A stretch of 64,000 bases of DNA, from positions 704,001 to 768,000 of the forward strand of contig CAVUMN010000003.1 of the NCBI GenBank assembly GCA_963742735.1. The letters are read 5' to 3'. Positions 1 to 11,279 of the stretch are shown here, in pieces. The notes beneath the pieces are model-generated. The model had not been told where the DNA came from. It saw only the letters and a list, made by a program, of their open reading frames with translations, and searched no databases. Made by a program: the position numbers and the translations under genes. Origin of the DNA: an uncultured Actinomycetes bacterium (GTDB lineage: Bacteria > Actinomycetota > UBA4738 > JBBDTT01). Position 1 is the stretch's first letter. The number at the start of each line of letters is the position of its first letter.

Positions 1-2
1 AG

Positions 3-323
3 AAGCCGGCCGACCTCCGCACGGTCGCCGACGGGGACGTCCTGGACTACGCGGGGTTCGGCCTGGAGGTCGTCCACACCCCTGGCCACACGCCCGGGAG
101 CGTCTGCTTCGCGACCGACGGCTTCGTCTTCTCCGGGGACCTGGTGTTCGCGGGGACGATCGGGCGCTCGGACTTCCCCCACTCGAACCCCGAGCACATG
201 GAGCAGAGCCTGCTGCGGTTCCTCAAGCTCCCCGACGAGCTCGACGTCTATCCGGGGCACATGGAGCCGACCACGGTCGGGCGGGAGCGCCGCACCAACC
301 CGTTCCTCGTCGCGCTCACGTGA
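3..323 (+). CDS. MBL-fold metallo-hydrolase (glyoxalase II-like), 5' truncated by window edge
   Basis: Frame 3 reads HTPGHTPGS...FSGDLVF...GRSD...YPGH...ERRTNPF, stop at 321-323 overlapping hisS GTG; typical gene upstream of hisS. Confidence 0.88.
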   Translation, partial: KPADLRTVADGDVLDYAGFGLEVVHTPGHTPGSVCFATDGFVFSGDLVFAGTIGRSDFPHSNPEHMEQSLLRFLKLPDELDVYPGHMEPTTVGRERRTNPFLVALT

Positions 324-1582
324 GCGGAAACTTCGCGCCGCCCCGAGGCACCGACGACCTGCTGCCTCCCCGGTCCGAGGCCATGCGGCTGCTGGTCCGC
401 GAGGCGTGGGGGCTGGCCACTCGGTGGGGGTTCAGGACGGCGCTCACGCCGTCGCTCGACCACACCGAGATCTTCGCGCGGACCTCGGGGGAGACCTCGG
501 ACGTGGTCACCAAGGAGATGTACACGTTCGAGGACAAGGGCGGCCGTTCGCTGACCCTGAAGCCCGAGGGGACCGCGTCGGTGGTCCGGGCCTACCTGAA
601 CGACCGACAGAGCCTGCCCCACCCCTTCAAGGCCGCCTACGTCGAGCGGACCTGGCGGTACGGACGCCCCCAGGCCGGCCGGCTCCGGGAGTTCCGCCAG
701 TTCGGCGTGGAGATCATCGGGGAGGGCGCTCCCGAGGCCGACGTCGAGGTCATCGCCCTCGCCGACGCCTACCTCCGCGCGCGAGGGCTCCAGAAGCTCA
801 CGCTGGTGGTGAACTCGATCGGCGACGAGGTCTGCCGGCCTCCGTATCGCGAGACGCTGCTGGCCTATCTCGACGCGCACCGCGAGGAGATCTGCGACGA
901 GCATCGCGCCGTCTACGCGAGCAATCCGATGCGCGTCCTGGACTGCAAGACCGCCGAGTGCCGGGCGGTCGCGGCGAACGCGCCGGTGATCACGGCCGCG
1001 CTGTGCGACCCGTGCGCGGAGCACTTCGACACGGTCCGCGGCGGGCTCGAGGAGGCCGGGATCGCCCACGAGATCGAGCCGCGCCTGGTCCGGGGCCTCG
1101 ACTACTACACGCGCACCGCGTTCGAGTTCGTGAGCGGGTCGCTGAGCGAGGCCCAGGCCACGGTCTGCGGAGGCGGTCGCTACGACGGGCTGGCCGAGGT
1201 CCTGGGCGGGGAGCCCACCCCCGGCGTGGGCTTCGGCATGGGACTCGACCGGGTGCTGATCGCGCTGGAGGCGGAGGGCCGCGCGCCCGAGCCGCCTCCG
1301 GGTGTGCAGTGCTTCGTGATCGGGATCGGCCAGGGCCGGGGGACCGCCCGAGCCCTGGTGCGCGAGCTCCGCGCCACGGGGCTCGGCGCCGACATGTCCT
1401 ACGGGGACCGCCCGCTCAAGGCGCAGCTCCGCGCGGCGGATCGGAGCGAGGCGCCGTTCGCCGCGATCGTGGGCGAGCGCGAGGCCGAGGCCGGCGTCGT
1501 CACCCTGCGCCGGCTGGCCGACGGCGAGCAGACGGAGGTCCCCCGGGAGGAGGTGGCCGCGTGGATTACCTCCCAGGGCTGA
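320..1582 (+). CDS. hisS: histidyl-tRNA synthetase
   Basis: PRGT, KEMYTF, LKPEGTA, GRLREFRQ, LVRGLDYY, GGGRYDGL motifs; C-terminal anticodon domain. Confidence 0.97.
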   Translation: MSGNFAPPRGTDDLLPPRSEAMRLLVREAWGLATRWGFRTALTPSLDHTEIFARTSGETSDVVTKEMYTFEDKGGRSLTLKPEGTASVVRAYLNDRQSLPHPFKAAYVERTWRYGRPQAGRLREFRQFGVEIIGEGAPEADVEVIALADAYLRARGLQKLTLVVNSIGDEVCRPPYRETLLAYLDAHREEICDEHRAVYASNPMRVLDCKTAECRAVAANAPVITAALCDPCAEHFDTVRGGLEEAGIAHEIEPRLVRGLDYYTRTAFEFVSGSLSEAQATVCGGGRYDGLAEVLGGEPTPGVGFGMGLDRVLIALEAEGRAPEPPPGVQCFVIGIGQGRGTARALVRELRATGLGADMSYGDRPLKAQLRAADRSEAPFAAIVGEREAEAGVVTLRRLADGEQTEVPREEVAAWITSQG

Positions 1583-3339
1583 GGACACACACCTGCGGCG
1601 GCCTGCGGGCCCCCGACGCCGGCGGCGAGGCCGTGATCGCCGGGTGGGTGGCCCACCGCCGGGACCACGGCGGCGTGATCTTCCTGGACCTGCGCGATCG
1701 CGAGGGGCTGGTCCAGGTCGTGTTCCATCCCGAGGACGCCCCCGAGGCCCACGCCGCCGCGGAGGAGGCCCGGTCGGAGTGGGTCCTGCGGGTGACCGGC
1801 GAGGTCCGCGCGCGCGACGAGCAGAACGTGAACCCGAACCTGCCCACGGGCGAGGTGGAGGTCGTGGCGAGGACGGTGGAGGTGCTGTCGCGCTCCGAGC
1901 CGCCGCCGTTCCCCATCGAGGACCGCATCGACGCCGAGGAGCCGCTCCGGCTCACCTATCGCTACCTGGACCTGCGGCGCCCGGAGATGCAGCGGGTCCT
2001 GCAGCTGCGCCATCGGGCGACGTCCGTCATCCGCCGGTTCTTCGACGAGCGGGGGTTCGTCGACGTGGAGACGCCCATGCTGACTCGGGCCACGCCGGAG
2101 GGCGCGCGGGACTTCCTGGTGCCCAGCCGCCTGCAGCCGGGACGGTTCTACGCGCTGCCGCAGTCGCCGCAGCTCTTCAAGCAGCTGCTGATGGCGGCCG
2201 GGCTCGACCGCTACTACCAGATCGTGCGGTGCTTCCGCGACGAGGACCTGCGCGCCGACCGGCAGCTCGACTTCACCCAGCTGGACGTGGAGCTCTCCTT
2301 CGTTGACGAGGAGGACGTGCTCGGCCTGGTCGAGGAGATGATGACGGAGCTCCTGCGCGAGACGGTCGGGGCCGAGGTGACGGCGCCGTTCCCGCGCCTG
2401 TCGTACGCCGAGGCGATCGCGCGCTACGGGACCGACAAGCCCGACACCCGCTTCGGGATGGAGCTGGTCGACCTGGCCCCCGCCTTCTCGGGCACCGGGT
2501 TCCGGGCGTTCGCATCGGTGCTGGACTCGGGCGGCGCGGTGCGGGGGATCGCCGCGCCGGGCGCGGCGTCGTGGTCGCGCAAGGACCTCGACGCCCTGGT
2601 CGCCGAGGCCAAGGGCCGGGGCGCGGCCGGGTTGGTCTGGATGGCGTTCACCGCCGACGGCGTCCGCTCGCCGGTCGAGAAGCACATCGCCGCCGAGGAG
2701 GTCGACCGTATCCGCGAGACCACGGGCGCGAGCGAGGGCGACCTGGTCCTGATCGTGGCCGACGAGCCCGGGCGGGTGGCCACGGCCCTGGACGGCCTGC
2801 GCCGGCTGATGGCCGAGCGCCTGGAGCTGATCCCCGACGGCGCATGGAACCTGGTCTGGATCACCGAGCCCCCGCTGTTCGAGCCGAACGAGGAGGGGGC
2901 GTGGACGCCGGTGCACCACCCGTTCACCGCGCCGGCGACGGACGACCTGAACCCCGAGACGGCGCGGGCGCGGGCCTACGACCTGGTCCTGAACGGCTAC
3001 GAGCTGGGGGGCGGCTCGATCCGGATCCACGACCCGAACCTGCAGCGGAAGGTGTTCGACGCGCTGGGGCTCTCGCCCGAGGAGGCCGAGGACAAGTTCG
3101 GCTTCCTGCTCCGGGCGTTCCGCTACGGCGTCCCGCCCCACGGCGGTGTGGCCCTGGGGCTGGACCGGGTGGCGATGCTCCTGGCCGGCAAGGACAACAT
3201 CCGCGAGGTCATCGCGTTCCCCAAGACGCAGTCGGGACAGGAGCTCCTGACCGGCGCGCCCTCCGACGTCGATCCGGCGCAGCTCCGGGAGCTGGGCCTG
3301 CAGATGATCCCCCCGCGAACCACCCGATCGGGGGATTGA
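1561..3339 (+). CDS. aspS: aspartyl-tRNA synthetase, probably non-discriminating (Asp/Asn)
   Basis: GTG at 1561 after GGAGGAGG; RTHTCG, RRDHGG, TPEGARDF, LPQSPQLFKQLLM, PPHGG motifs. Confidence 0.96.
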   Translation: MDYLPGLRTHTCGGLRAPDAGGEAVIAGWVAHRRDHGGVIFLDLRDREGLVQVVFHPEDAPEAHAAAEEARSEWVLRVTGEVRARDEQNVNPNLPTGEVEVVARTVEVLSRSEPPPFPIEDRIDAEEPLRLTYRYLDLRRPEMQRVLQLRHRATSVIRRFFDERGFVDVETPMLTRATPEGARDFLVPSRLQPGRFYALPQSPQLFKQLLMAAGLDRYYQIVRCFRDEDLRADRQLDFTQLDVELSFVDEEDVLGLVEEMMTELLRETVGAEVTAPFPRLSYAEAIARYGTDKPDTRFGMELVDLAPAFSGTGFRAFASVLDSGGAVRGIAAPGAASWSRKDLDALVAEAKGRGAAGLVWMAFTADGVRSPVEKHIAAEEVDRIRETTGASEGDLVLIVADEPGRVATALDGLRRLMAERLELIPDGAWNLVWITEPPLFEPNEEGAWTPVHHPFTAPATDDLNPETARARAYDLVLNGYELGGGSIRIHDPNLQRKVFDALGLSPEEAEDKFGFLLRAFRYGVPPHGGVALGLDRVAMLLAGKDNIREVIAFPKTQSGQELLTGAPSDVDPAQLRELGLQMIPPRTTRSGD

Positions 3340-3364
3340 TCCCACCCGGGCGCAGGCATACGAT
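3336..3364 (+). promoter_or_regulatory. sigmaA-type promoter of 6S RNA
   Basis: TTGATC (3336-3341)-N17-TACGAT (3359-3364) just before the 5' arm of the RNA hairpin. Confidence 0.65.
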
Positions 3365-3370
3365 CGAGGC

Positions 3371-3538
3371 GGCGGCGAGCCGCCCGGACCGTGATTTGTG
3401 AACCAGCATTCGCTTACCGGGAGTCCCGCTCCGACCGTGGTGCAGCACCCCGAACCTGGGGTTCTCTGAAGCGGCCGGGAGGGCACCCACCTGCGTGAGA
3501 CGCAGGTTACGCACACGGCCCAGGAGTCTCGCCGCCTC
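3371..3538 (+). ncRNA. ssrS: 6S RNA (Bacillus 6S-1/BsrA-like)
   Basis: Closing stem GGCGGCGAG 3371-3379 pairs with CTCGCCGCC 3528-3536; motifs GGGAGTCCCG and GAGGGCACCCACCTGC-TGAGA-GCAGGT resemble B. subtilis 6S-1; lies downstream of aspS; own promoter. Confidence 0.8.
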
Positions 3539-3568
3539 CCTCTGTGCCGGCGCGGCTAGTCTTTTCCC

Positions 3569-4858
3569 GTGGACACTCGGACTCCGTTGGCGGCGCGCAT
3601 GCGGCCTCGGTCCTTTGAGGAGCTCGCCGGGCAGACGCACCTGTTCGGGCCCGGCAAGGCCCTGACCACGCTCATCGAGGCGGGGCGGCTTCCGTCCGTG
3701 ATCCTGTGGGGACCGCCGGGGAGCGGAAAGACGACCCTCGCGCACCTGCTCGCGAAGGCCGTCGGCGCAGAACTCGTGCAGCTCTCGGCGGTGTCCTCGG
3801 GGGTCGCGGACGCGCGGAAGGTCATCGCCTCGGCGAAGCCGGACGCGTTGATGCCGACCGTGCTGTTCGTGGACGAGGTCCACCGGTGGAGCAAGTCGCA
3901 GCAGGACGTGCTGCTCCCGGCGGTCGAGTCCGGCGCGGTGACGCTCGTGGGGGCCACGACCGAGAACCCGTACTTCTCCCTGGTCTCACCCCTCCTGTCC
4001 CGTTCGATCCTGCTCCGCCTCGAGGCCCTGTCGCCCGACGACCTGCGCTCGCTGATCGAGCGGGCCGTGGCCGACGCCGAACGAGGACTCGGCGAGCTGA
4101 ACCTGAAGATCGCCGCCGACGCCCTCGACTACCTGGTCGAGGTGGCCGGCGGCGACGCCCGCGTGGCGCTCACCGCGCTCGAGGCGGCCGCCCTGGCGAC
4201 GAGCGCCGCCGGCGACCCGGAGATCACCCGCGAGGTCGCCGCCGAGGCCGCGCAGAAGAAGGCCATCGCCTACGACCGCCAGGGCGACATGCACTACGAC
4301 GTCGTGTCCGCGTTCATCAAGAGCCTGAAGGCGTCGGACCCCGACGCGGCCCTGTTCTGGCTGGCCCGGATGATCGAGGCCGGGGAGGACGCCCGGTTCA
4401 TCGCGCGGCGGATGGTCATCCTGGCCAGCGAGAACATCGGGCTGGCCGACCCGCAGGCGCTGGTGATCGCCACCGCCGCCGCGCACGCGGTGGAGTACGT
4501 CGGCCTCCCCGAGGCCGGGCTGAACCTGGCCGAAGCCGTGATCTACCTGGCGCGCGCGCCCAAGAGCGACCGGGTGATCGTCGCCCTGGGACGGGCGTTC
4601 GAGGACGCCCGCTCGAACGATCCGGTCCCCACCCACCTGCGCGACACCCACTACGCGGGGGCGAAGAAGCTCGGCCACGGGCGCGGGTACGTCTATCCGA
4701 ACGACGATCCGGAAAAGGCCGCCCAGCAGGACTACCGGCCGCAGCGGTTCGAGGGCCGCATCTACTACGAGCCGAGCGGCGTGGGCGAGGACGTCCCGGT
4801 GAAGCGCCACTACGGCGGCCCGGCCGAACCTCCCGATGGGGAGGACGAGCCCGGCTAG
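3569..4858 (+). CDS. rarA: replication-associated recombination protein A (MgsA/RarA AAA+)
   Basis: PLAARMRP, GPPGSGKTT, DEVHR, GATTENPYF, HYDVVSAFIKS motifs. Confidence 0.95.
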   Translation: MDTRTPLAARMRPRSFEELAGQTHLFGPGKALTTLIEAGRLPSVILWGPPGSGKTTLAHLLAKAVGAELVQLSAVSSGVADARKVIASAKPDALMPTVLFVDEVHRWSKSQQDVLLPAVESGAVTLVGATTENPYFSLVSPLLSRSILLRLEALSPDDLRSLIERAVADAERGLGELNLKIAADALDYLVEVAGGDARVALTALEAAALATSAAGDPEITREVAAEAAQKKAIAYDRQGDMHYDVVSAFIKSLKASDPDAALFWLARMIEAGEDARFIARRMVILASENIGLADPQALVIATAAAHAVEYVGLPEAGLNLAEAVIYLARAPKSDRVIVALGRAFEDARSNDPVPTHLRDTHYAGAKKLGHGRGYVYPNDDPEKAAQQDYRPQRFEGRIYYEPSGVGEDVPVKRHYGGPAEPPDGEDEPG

Positions 4859-4891
4859 AATGCCCCTCCCCGCTAACCGAAGGAGGGAGCC

Positions 4892-5245
4892 GTGGACGGA
4901 GGCGACTGGGCGCTCATCGTGCTGGCCGCGTTCTGGGGCCTGCTCGTGCTGTTCATGTCCCTCGTCCTGGTCAACATCTTCCGGGTCCTGGAGAGCACGA
5001 AGATGCTGATCGACGGCATCCGCACCGAGACCGTGCCGCTGCTCGGCGAGGTGAAGGTCACGGTCCAGGGCGTCAACCGCGAGCTCGACCGCGTCGACGG
5101 GCTGCTGGCGTCGGCCGGCAACATCACGAAGTCCGTGGAGCGCCTCTCGTCGGTCGTCGAGAACACCGTGTCCAGCCCGCTGATCAAGGTCGCCGCGTTC
5201 AGCGCCGGTGCCGCGCGGGCCATGAAGCGCTTCCGGGGCAGCTGA
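4892..5245 (+). CDS. DUF948-like membrane-anchored coiled-coil protein
   Basis: N-terminal TM helix, heptad-like body, PLIKVAAFS tail; SD GGGAG; usual position upstream of alaS in actinobacteria. Confidence 0.75.
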   Translation: MDGGDWALIVLAAFWGLLVLFMSLVLVNIFRVLESTKMLIDGIRTETVPLLGEVKVTVQGVNRELDRVDGLLASAGNITKSVERLSSVVENTVSSPLIKVAAFSAGAARAMKRFRGS

Positions 5246-5487
5246 TGCGGCGCGTCTTCACGCTCGCCCTCGGGCTGGGGGCCGGGGCCACCGCGGCCAT
5301 CCTGGTCTCGCGATGGATGCGCAAGCAGCGTAAGGCCGTCGCCCAGGCCGTGAGCCCGGCCAACCTCGGGCGCCAGATCGCGGAGGGGGGCAAGGACCTC
5401 GGCTCGCTCCTGAAGGCCGCCGCCGCGGACTTCCGGGCCGGTATGGCCGAGCGCGAGGCCGAGATCCGCGCCGCCATCCCCGAGTAG
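5245..5487 (+). CDS. small membrane protein (DUF6167-like)
   Basis: ATG overlaps previous TGA; MRRVFTLALGLGAGA...FRAGMAEREAEIR, 80 aa. Confidence 0.7.
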   Translation: MRRVFTLALGLGAGATAAILVSRWMRKQRKAVAQAVSPANLGRQIAEGGKDLGSLLKAAAADFRAGMAEREAEIRAAIPE

Positions 5488-5516
5488 CCCGGCCCCTCCG
5501 TAGACTCCGATCCGAG

Positions 5517-8137
<2,621 letters not shown>

Positions 8138-8141
<4 letters not shown>

Positions 8142-8554
8142 CCGGGCGGGTCCTGGGCCTGGACCTGGGGCAGGCGCGGATCGGCGTCGCCATCTCCGAC
8201 GAGCTCGGCCGCCTGGCGGTTCCGTTCGGGACGGTTCACACCGGGGCCCCGCAGGACGTGAAGGCGATCGCCGCGATCGTCGAGGAGCAGGACATCGCCA
8301 CGATCGTGGTCGGCCTGCCGCTGACGCTCAGGGGCGCGCGGGGCGAGGCCGCGGCGCACGCCGAGCGGTTCGCCGAGGCACTGCGGGGGTTCCTGCCGGT
8401 CCCCGTGGAGCTGCAGGACGAGCGGCTGTCCACCGTCGAGGCCGACCGGGCGCTGCGGGGCACGGGGGCGGACGGCCGGGCTCGCCGGCGCCGGGTCGAC
8501 GCCAGCGCCGCGACCGTGATCCTGCAGTCCTGGCTCGACGCCCACCGCCGCTAG
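8138..8554 (+). CDS. ruvX: Holliday junction resolvase-like / pre-16S rRNA nuclease
   Basis: GTGA overlap with alaS; LGLDLGQARIGVAISD, VVGLP, DERLST, VDASAATVILQSWLD. Confidence 0.93.
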
Positions 8555-8603
8555 CTCGCCCCCCGCGGCGAAACCGCACGCCCCTGGGTATCCTTGAACT
8601 CCC

Positions 8604-9632
8604 GTGCTGGAACCCTCCAGGCCACCCGAACGCTCCCGGCGCCGCGCGCTCGTCGTCCTCGGCGTGCTCGCGCTGGTCATGGTGGTCGTCGTCGTCGGGC
8701 TCGGCGGGTTCTACGTGTACGCCAGCGGGGCGTCCGGCCCGAAGGCTCCCCTGCAGTTCACGGTTCCGTCCGGGGCCACGACCTCCGACGTGGCGGAGAT
8801 GCTCGAGCAGGAGGGAGTGATCCGTTCCGCCTTCGTGTTCCGGCTGCTGGCGCGGTTCCGGGACGTCGCCACTCAGGCCGGCTTGTACGAGCTGACCACG
8901 AACATGAGCCTGGCCGCGGTGTTCGACGAGCTGAACGAGGGCCCGGTCCCGCCGCCCACCGTGACCTTCGGGATCCCCGAAGGGCTGAGGGTGGACCAGA
9001 TCGCGAAGCGAGCGGCCGAGGCGCTCGGGTTCACCGCGAAGGGGTTCATGAAGGCCGCGGGCAGCGGGGAGTTCTCCCTGCCGCCGTACCTTCCCGCGGG
9101 CACGACGAGCCTCGAGGGTTTCCTATTCCCCAAGGTCTACGAGTTCTTCCCGGACCCGACGCCCAAGGCCGTCATCGAGAAGATGCTCGACCAGTTCTCG
9201 ACCGAGGTGGAGGACCTCCCCTGGTCGAACGCCGACGCTCTCGGCGTGACCCCGTACGAGGTCGTCGTCGCGGCCTCCCTGATCGAGCGGGAGGCGCGGG
9301 CCGACGAGGACCGGGGCAAGATCGCTCGCGTGATCTACAACCGGCTCGAGATCGGCCAGGCCCTCGAGATCGACGCGTGCATCCAGTACGCGCTGGGGGA
9401 GAACCGGCCGATCACCAACGACGACAAGCTGATCGACAGCCCGTACAACACCTACCAGCACACCGGCCTGACCCCGACGCCGATCGCCGCTCCGGGCATC
9501 GAGTCGATCCGCGCCGCGCTCGAGCCGACGCCCGGGGAGTGGCTCTACTACCTGGTGGTCGACGAGGACTCGGGCCGCCACGAGTTCTTCGTGACCTACG
9601 ACGAGTTCCTCGCGGCCCTCAACAGTCGCTGA
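8604..9632 (+). CDS. mltG: endolytic transglycosylase MltG
   Basis: N-terminal TM; IPEG, LEGFLFP, ASLIERE, SPYNTY, GLTPTPI. Confidence 0.93.
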   Translation: MLEPSRPPERSRRRALVVLGVLALVMVVVVVGLGGFYVYASGASGPKAPLQFTVPSGATTSDVAEMLEQEGVIRSAFVFRLLARFRDVATQAGLYELTTNMSLAAVFDELNEGPVPPPTVTFGIPEGLRVDQIAKRAAEALGFTAKGFMKAAGSGEFSLPPYLPAGTTSLEGFLFPKVYEFFPDPTPKAVIEKMLDQFSTEVEDLPWSNADALGVTPYEVVVAASLIEREARADEDRGKIARVIYNRLEIGQALEIDACIQYALGENRPITNDDKLIDSPYNTYQHTGLTPTPIAAPGIESIRAALEPTPGEWLYYLVVDEDSGRHEFFVTYDEFLAALNSR

Positions 9633-10528
9633 TGCCCACCGCGAACACCCGGGTCGCCGGCGTCGTCGGATGGCCCATCGAGCACAGCCTGTCGCCCACC
9701 ATCCACAACGCCGCCTATCGCAGCCTGGGGCTGGACTGGACCTACGTCGCGTTCCCGGTGGCGCCGGAGGACTTCCCGGCGGCGATCGAGGGGTTCCGCG
9801 CGGCCGGGCTGGCCGGGGTGAACGTCACGCTGCCGCACAAGGACGCCGCCGCCGCCGCCGCGACGGTGCTCTCCGAGGACGCCGAGCGCCTCGGGGCGGC
9901 GAACGTGCTCACGTTCGCCGACGGGATCGCCGGGGACAACACCGACTGCCTCGGCTTCGCCCGCTTCCTGGCCGACGACCCCGGCTTCGATCCGTCGGGA
10001 CGCTCGGCCCTGCTGTTCGGGGCAGGGGGCGCGGGACGCGCGTGCGCGCTTGCACTGGCCCGGGCCGGGCTCGGCCACCTCGCCGTCGCGGTCCGCGAGC
10101 CCGCGCGCGCCGCCGCCCTCCGGGTCGCGCTGGCGGGCCTGGGAACCCGGATCGAGCTGGTGGAGTTCGGGGTCGATCTGGCCCCCTTCGACCTGGTCGT
10201 CAACGCGACCCCGGTGGGCCAGGGGGGCGAGTCGCTGCCGCTGCCCGGGCTCCATCCGGGCCAGGTCGTCGTGGACCTGATCTACCGTCCGGCGCTGACC
10301 CCGCTCGTCCAGGAAGCCCGTGCCGCGGGAGCCCAGGCGTTCGGCGGGCTCGGTCTGTTGCTGCACCAGGCTGCGCTCACGATCGAGCGATGGACCGGCC
10401 AGGTGGCCCCCCTGGCGGTCATGTCCGCGGCCGCTCTGGCCGAGCTCGCGGAGGACCCCACGCAGGGTTTCGAGCCCGATCCACCGCGTTCCACGCTCAC
10501 GATCGCCCCTGAGGGCCCTTTGGCGTAG
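9632..10528 (+). CDS. aroE: shikimate dehydrogenase
   Basis: GWPIEHSLSP, GVNVTLPHK, NTD, GAGGAGRA, NATP, DLIY. Confidence 0.93.
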   Translation: MPTANTRVAGVVGWPIEHSLSPTIHNAAYRSLGLDWTYVAFPVAPEDFPAAIEGFRAAGLAGVNVTLPHKDAAAAAATVLSEDAERLGAANVLTFADGIAGDNTDCLGFARFLADDPGFDPSGRSALLFGAGGAGRACALALARAGLGHLAVAVREPARAAALRVALAGLGTRIELVEFGVDLAPFDLVVNATPVGQGGESLPLPGLHPGQVVVDLIYRPALTPLVQEARAAGAQAFGGLGLLLHQAALTIERWTGQVAPLAVMSAAALAELAEDPTQGFEPDPPRSTLTIAPEGPLA

Positions 10529-10565
10529 GTCGTCCGCACTACTCGATACGGCGTTGTCTAGGGCT

Positions 10566-10592
10566 TAAGATCGGATTCCGTACGGCCGAAAG
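10566..10592 (+). promoter_or_regulatory. sigma28/WhiG-type promoter of pilus operon
   Basis: TAAG-N15-GCCGAAAG, 9 nt before ATG 10602. Confidence 0.65.
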
Positions 10593-10601
10593 AGCGGTGG
10601 A

Positions 10602-11279
10602 ATGAGCACCCCGAACTTCTCCGAGATCGCCGCTCGGGTGGCGGCGGGCTCGGACGATGTCCGAGCCTGTCTCATCGTGAGCGCAGATGGGCTCACGCTC
10701 GGCGTGTTTCCCGAGGAGCGCGAGGACGCCGCGCGCTCCGCGTGGGGACGCATGGTCGCCTCCGGCGATCCCGAGCCCGAGCGGGGCTTCCTCGTCGTGG
10801 GCGAGGAGATCTGGGCGTTCACCCGCCGCGGCGGCTACGGCGCGCTCTGCGTCGCCGGCCGCGCGGTCCGGCCCGGATTGCTCCTCGACGACCTCGACGG
10901 CGCCCTCAAGGACCTGCACCAGGAGCGCGTGGAGCGCGCCCCGGCGCCGGCCGCCCCGGCCAGGACCCCGGCGGAGGAGCCTCGAGAGGCTCGCAAGCCG
11001 GCCGAGCCGGCGCGCCGCGGACGCACCGCGATGCATCCGGAGCCCCGGCGGGAGCGCCGGGACACGCCCCGAACGCCCGGCCCTCCGGTTCGCCGGCTGG
11101 ACCTCGAGGACGTGGACGAGCCCGACGAGGCGCCGGTGGCGCCGGAGCCGGAGCCGGAGGCGGTGCGCGAGCCGGTCGCTCGCGTCCCCGAGCGGTCCGC
11201 GCCGGTCGACGTGCCGGTGGACACCGTCGAGCTCACCCGCGAATTCGGCGGCCTGCTGGATGGACCGGGCGGTCGGTAG
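10602..11279 (+). CDS. roadblock/LC7 (MglB-like) domain protein with Pro/Glu/Arg-rich linker
   Basis: VRACLIVSADGL matches the roadblock beta-hairpin signature; low-complexity middle; short C-terminal helix. Confidence 0.6.
   Translation: MSTPNFSEIAARVAAGSDDVRACLIVSADGLTLGVFPEEREDAARSAWGRMVASGDPEPERGFLVVGEEIWAFTRRGGYGALCVAGRAVRPGLLLDDLDGALKDLHQERVERAPAPAAPARTPAEEPREARKPAEPARRGRTAMHPEPRRERRDTPRTPGPPVRRLDLEDVDEPDEAPVAPEPEPEAVREPVARVPERSAPVDVPVDTVELTREFGGLLDGPGGR

Noticed and set aside
406-1560. N-terminal extension of the 977-aa ORF containing aspS
   Set aside because: Arg/Gly/Pro-rich off-frame reading of hisS; AspRS homology and SD start at 1561
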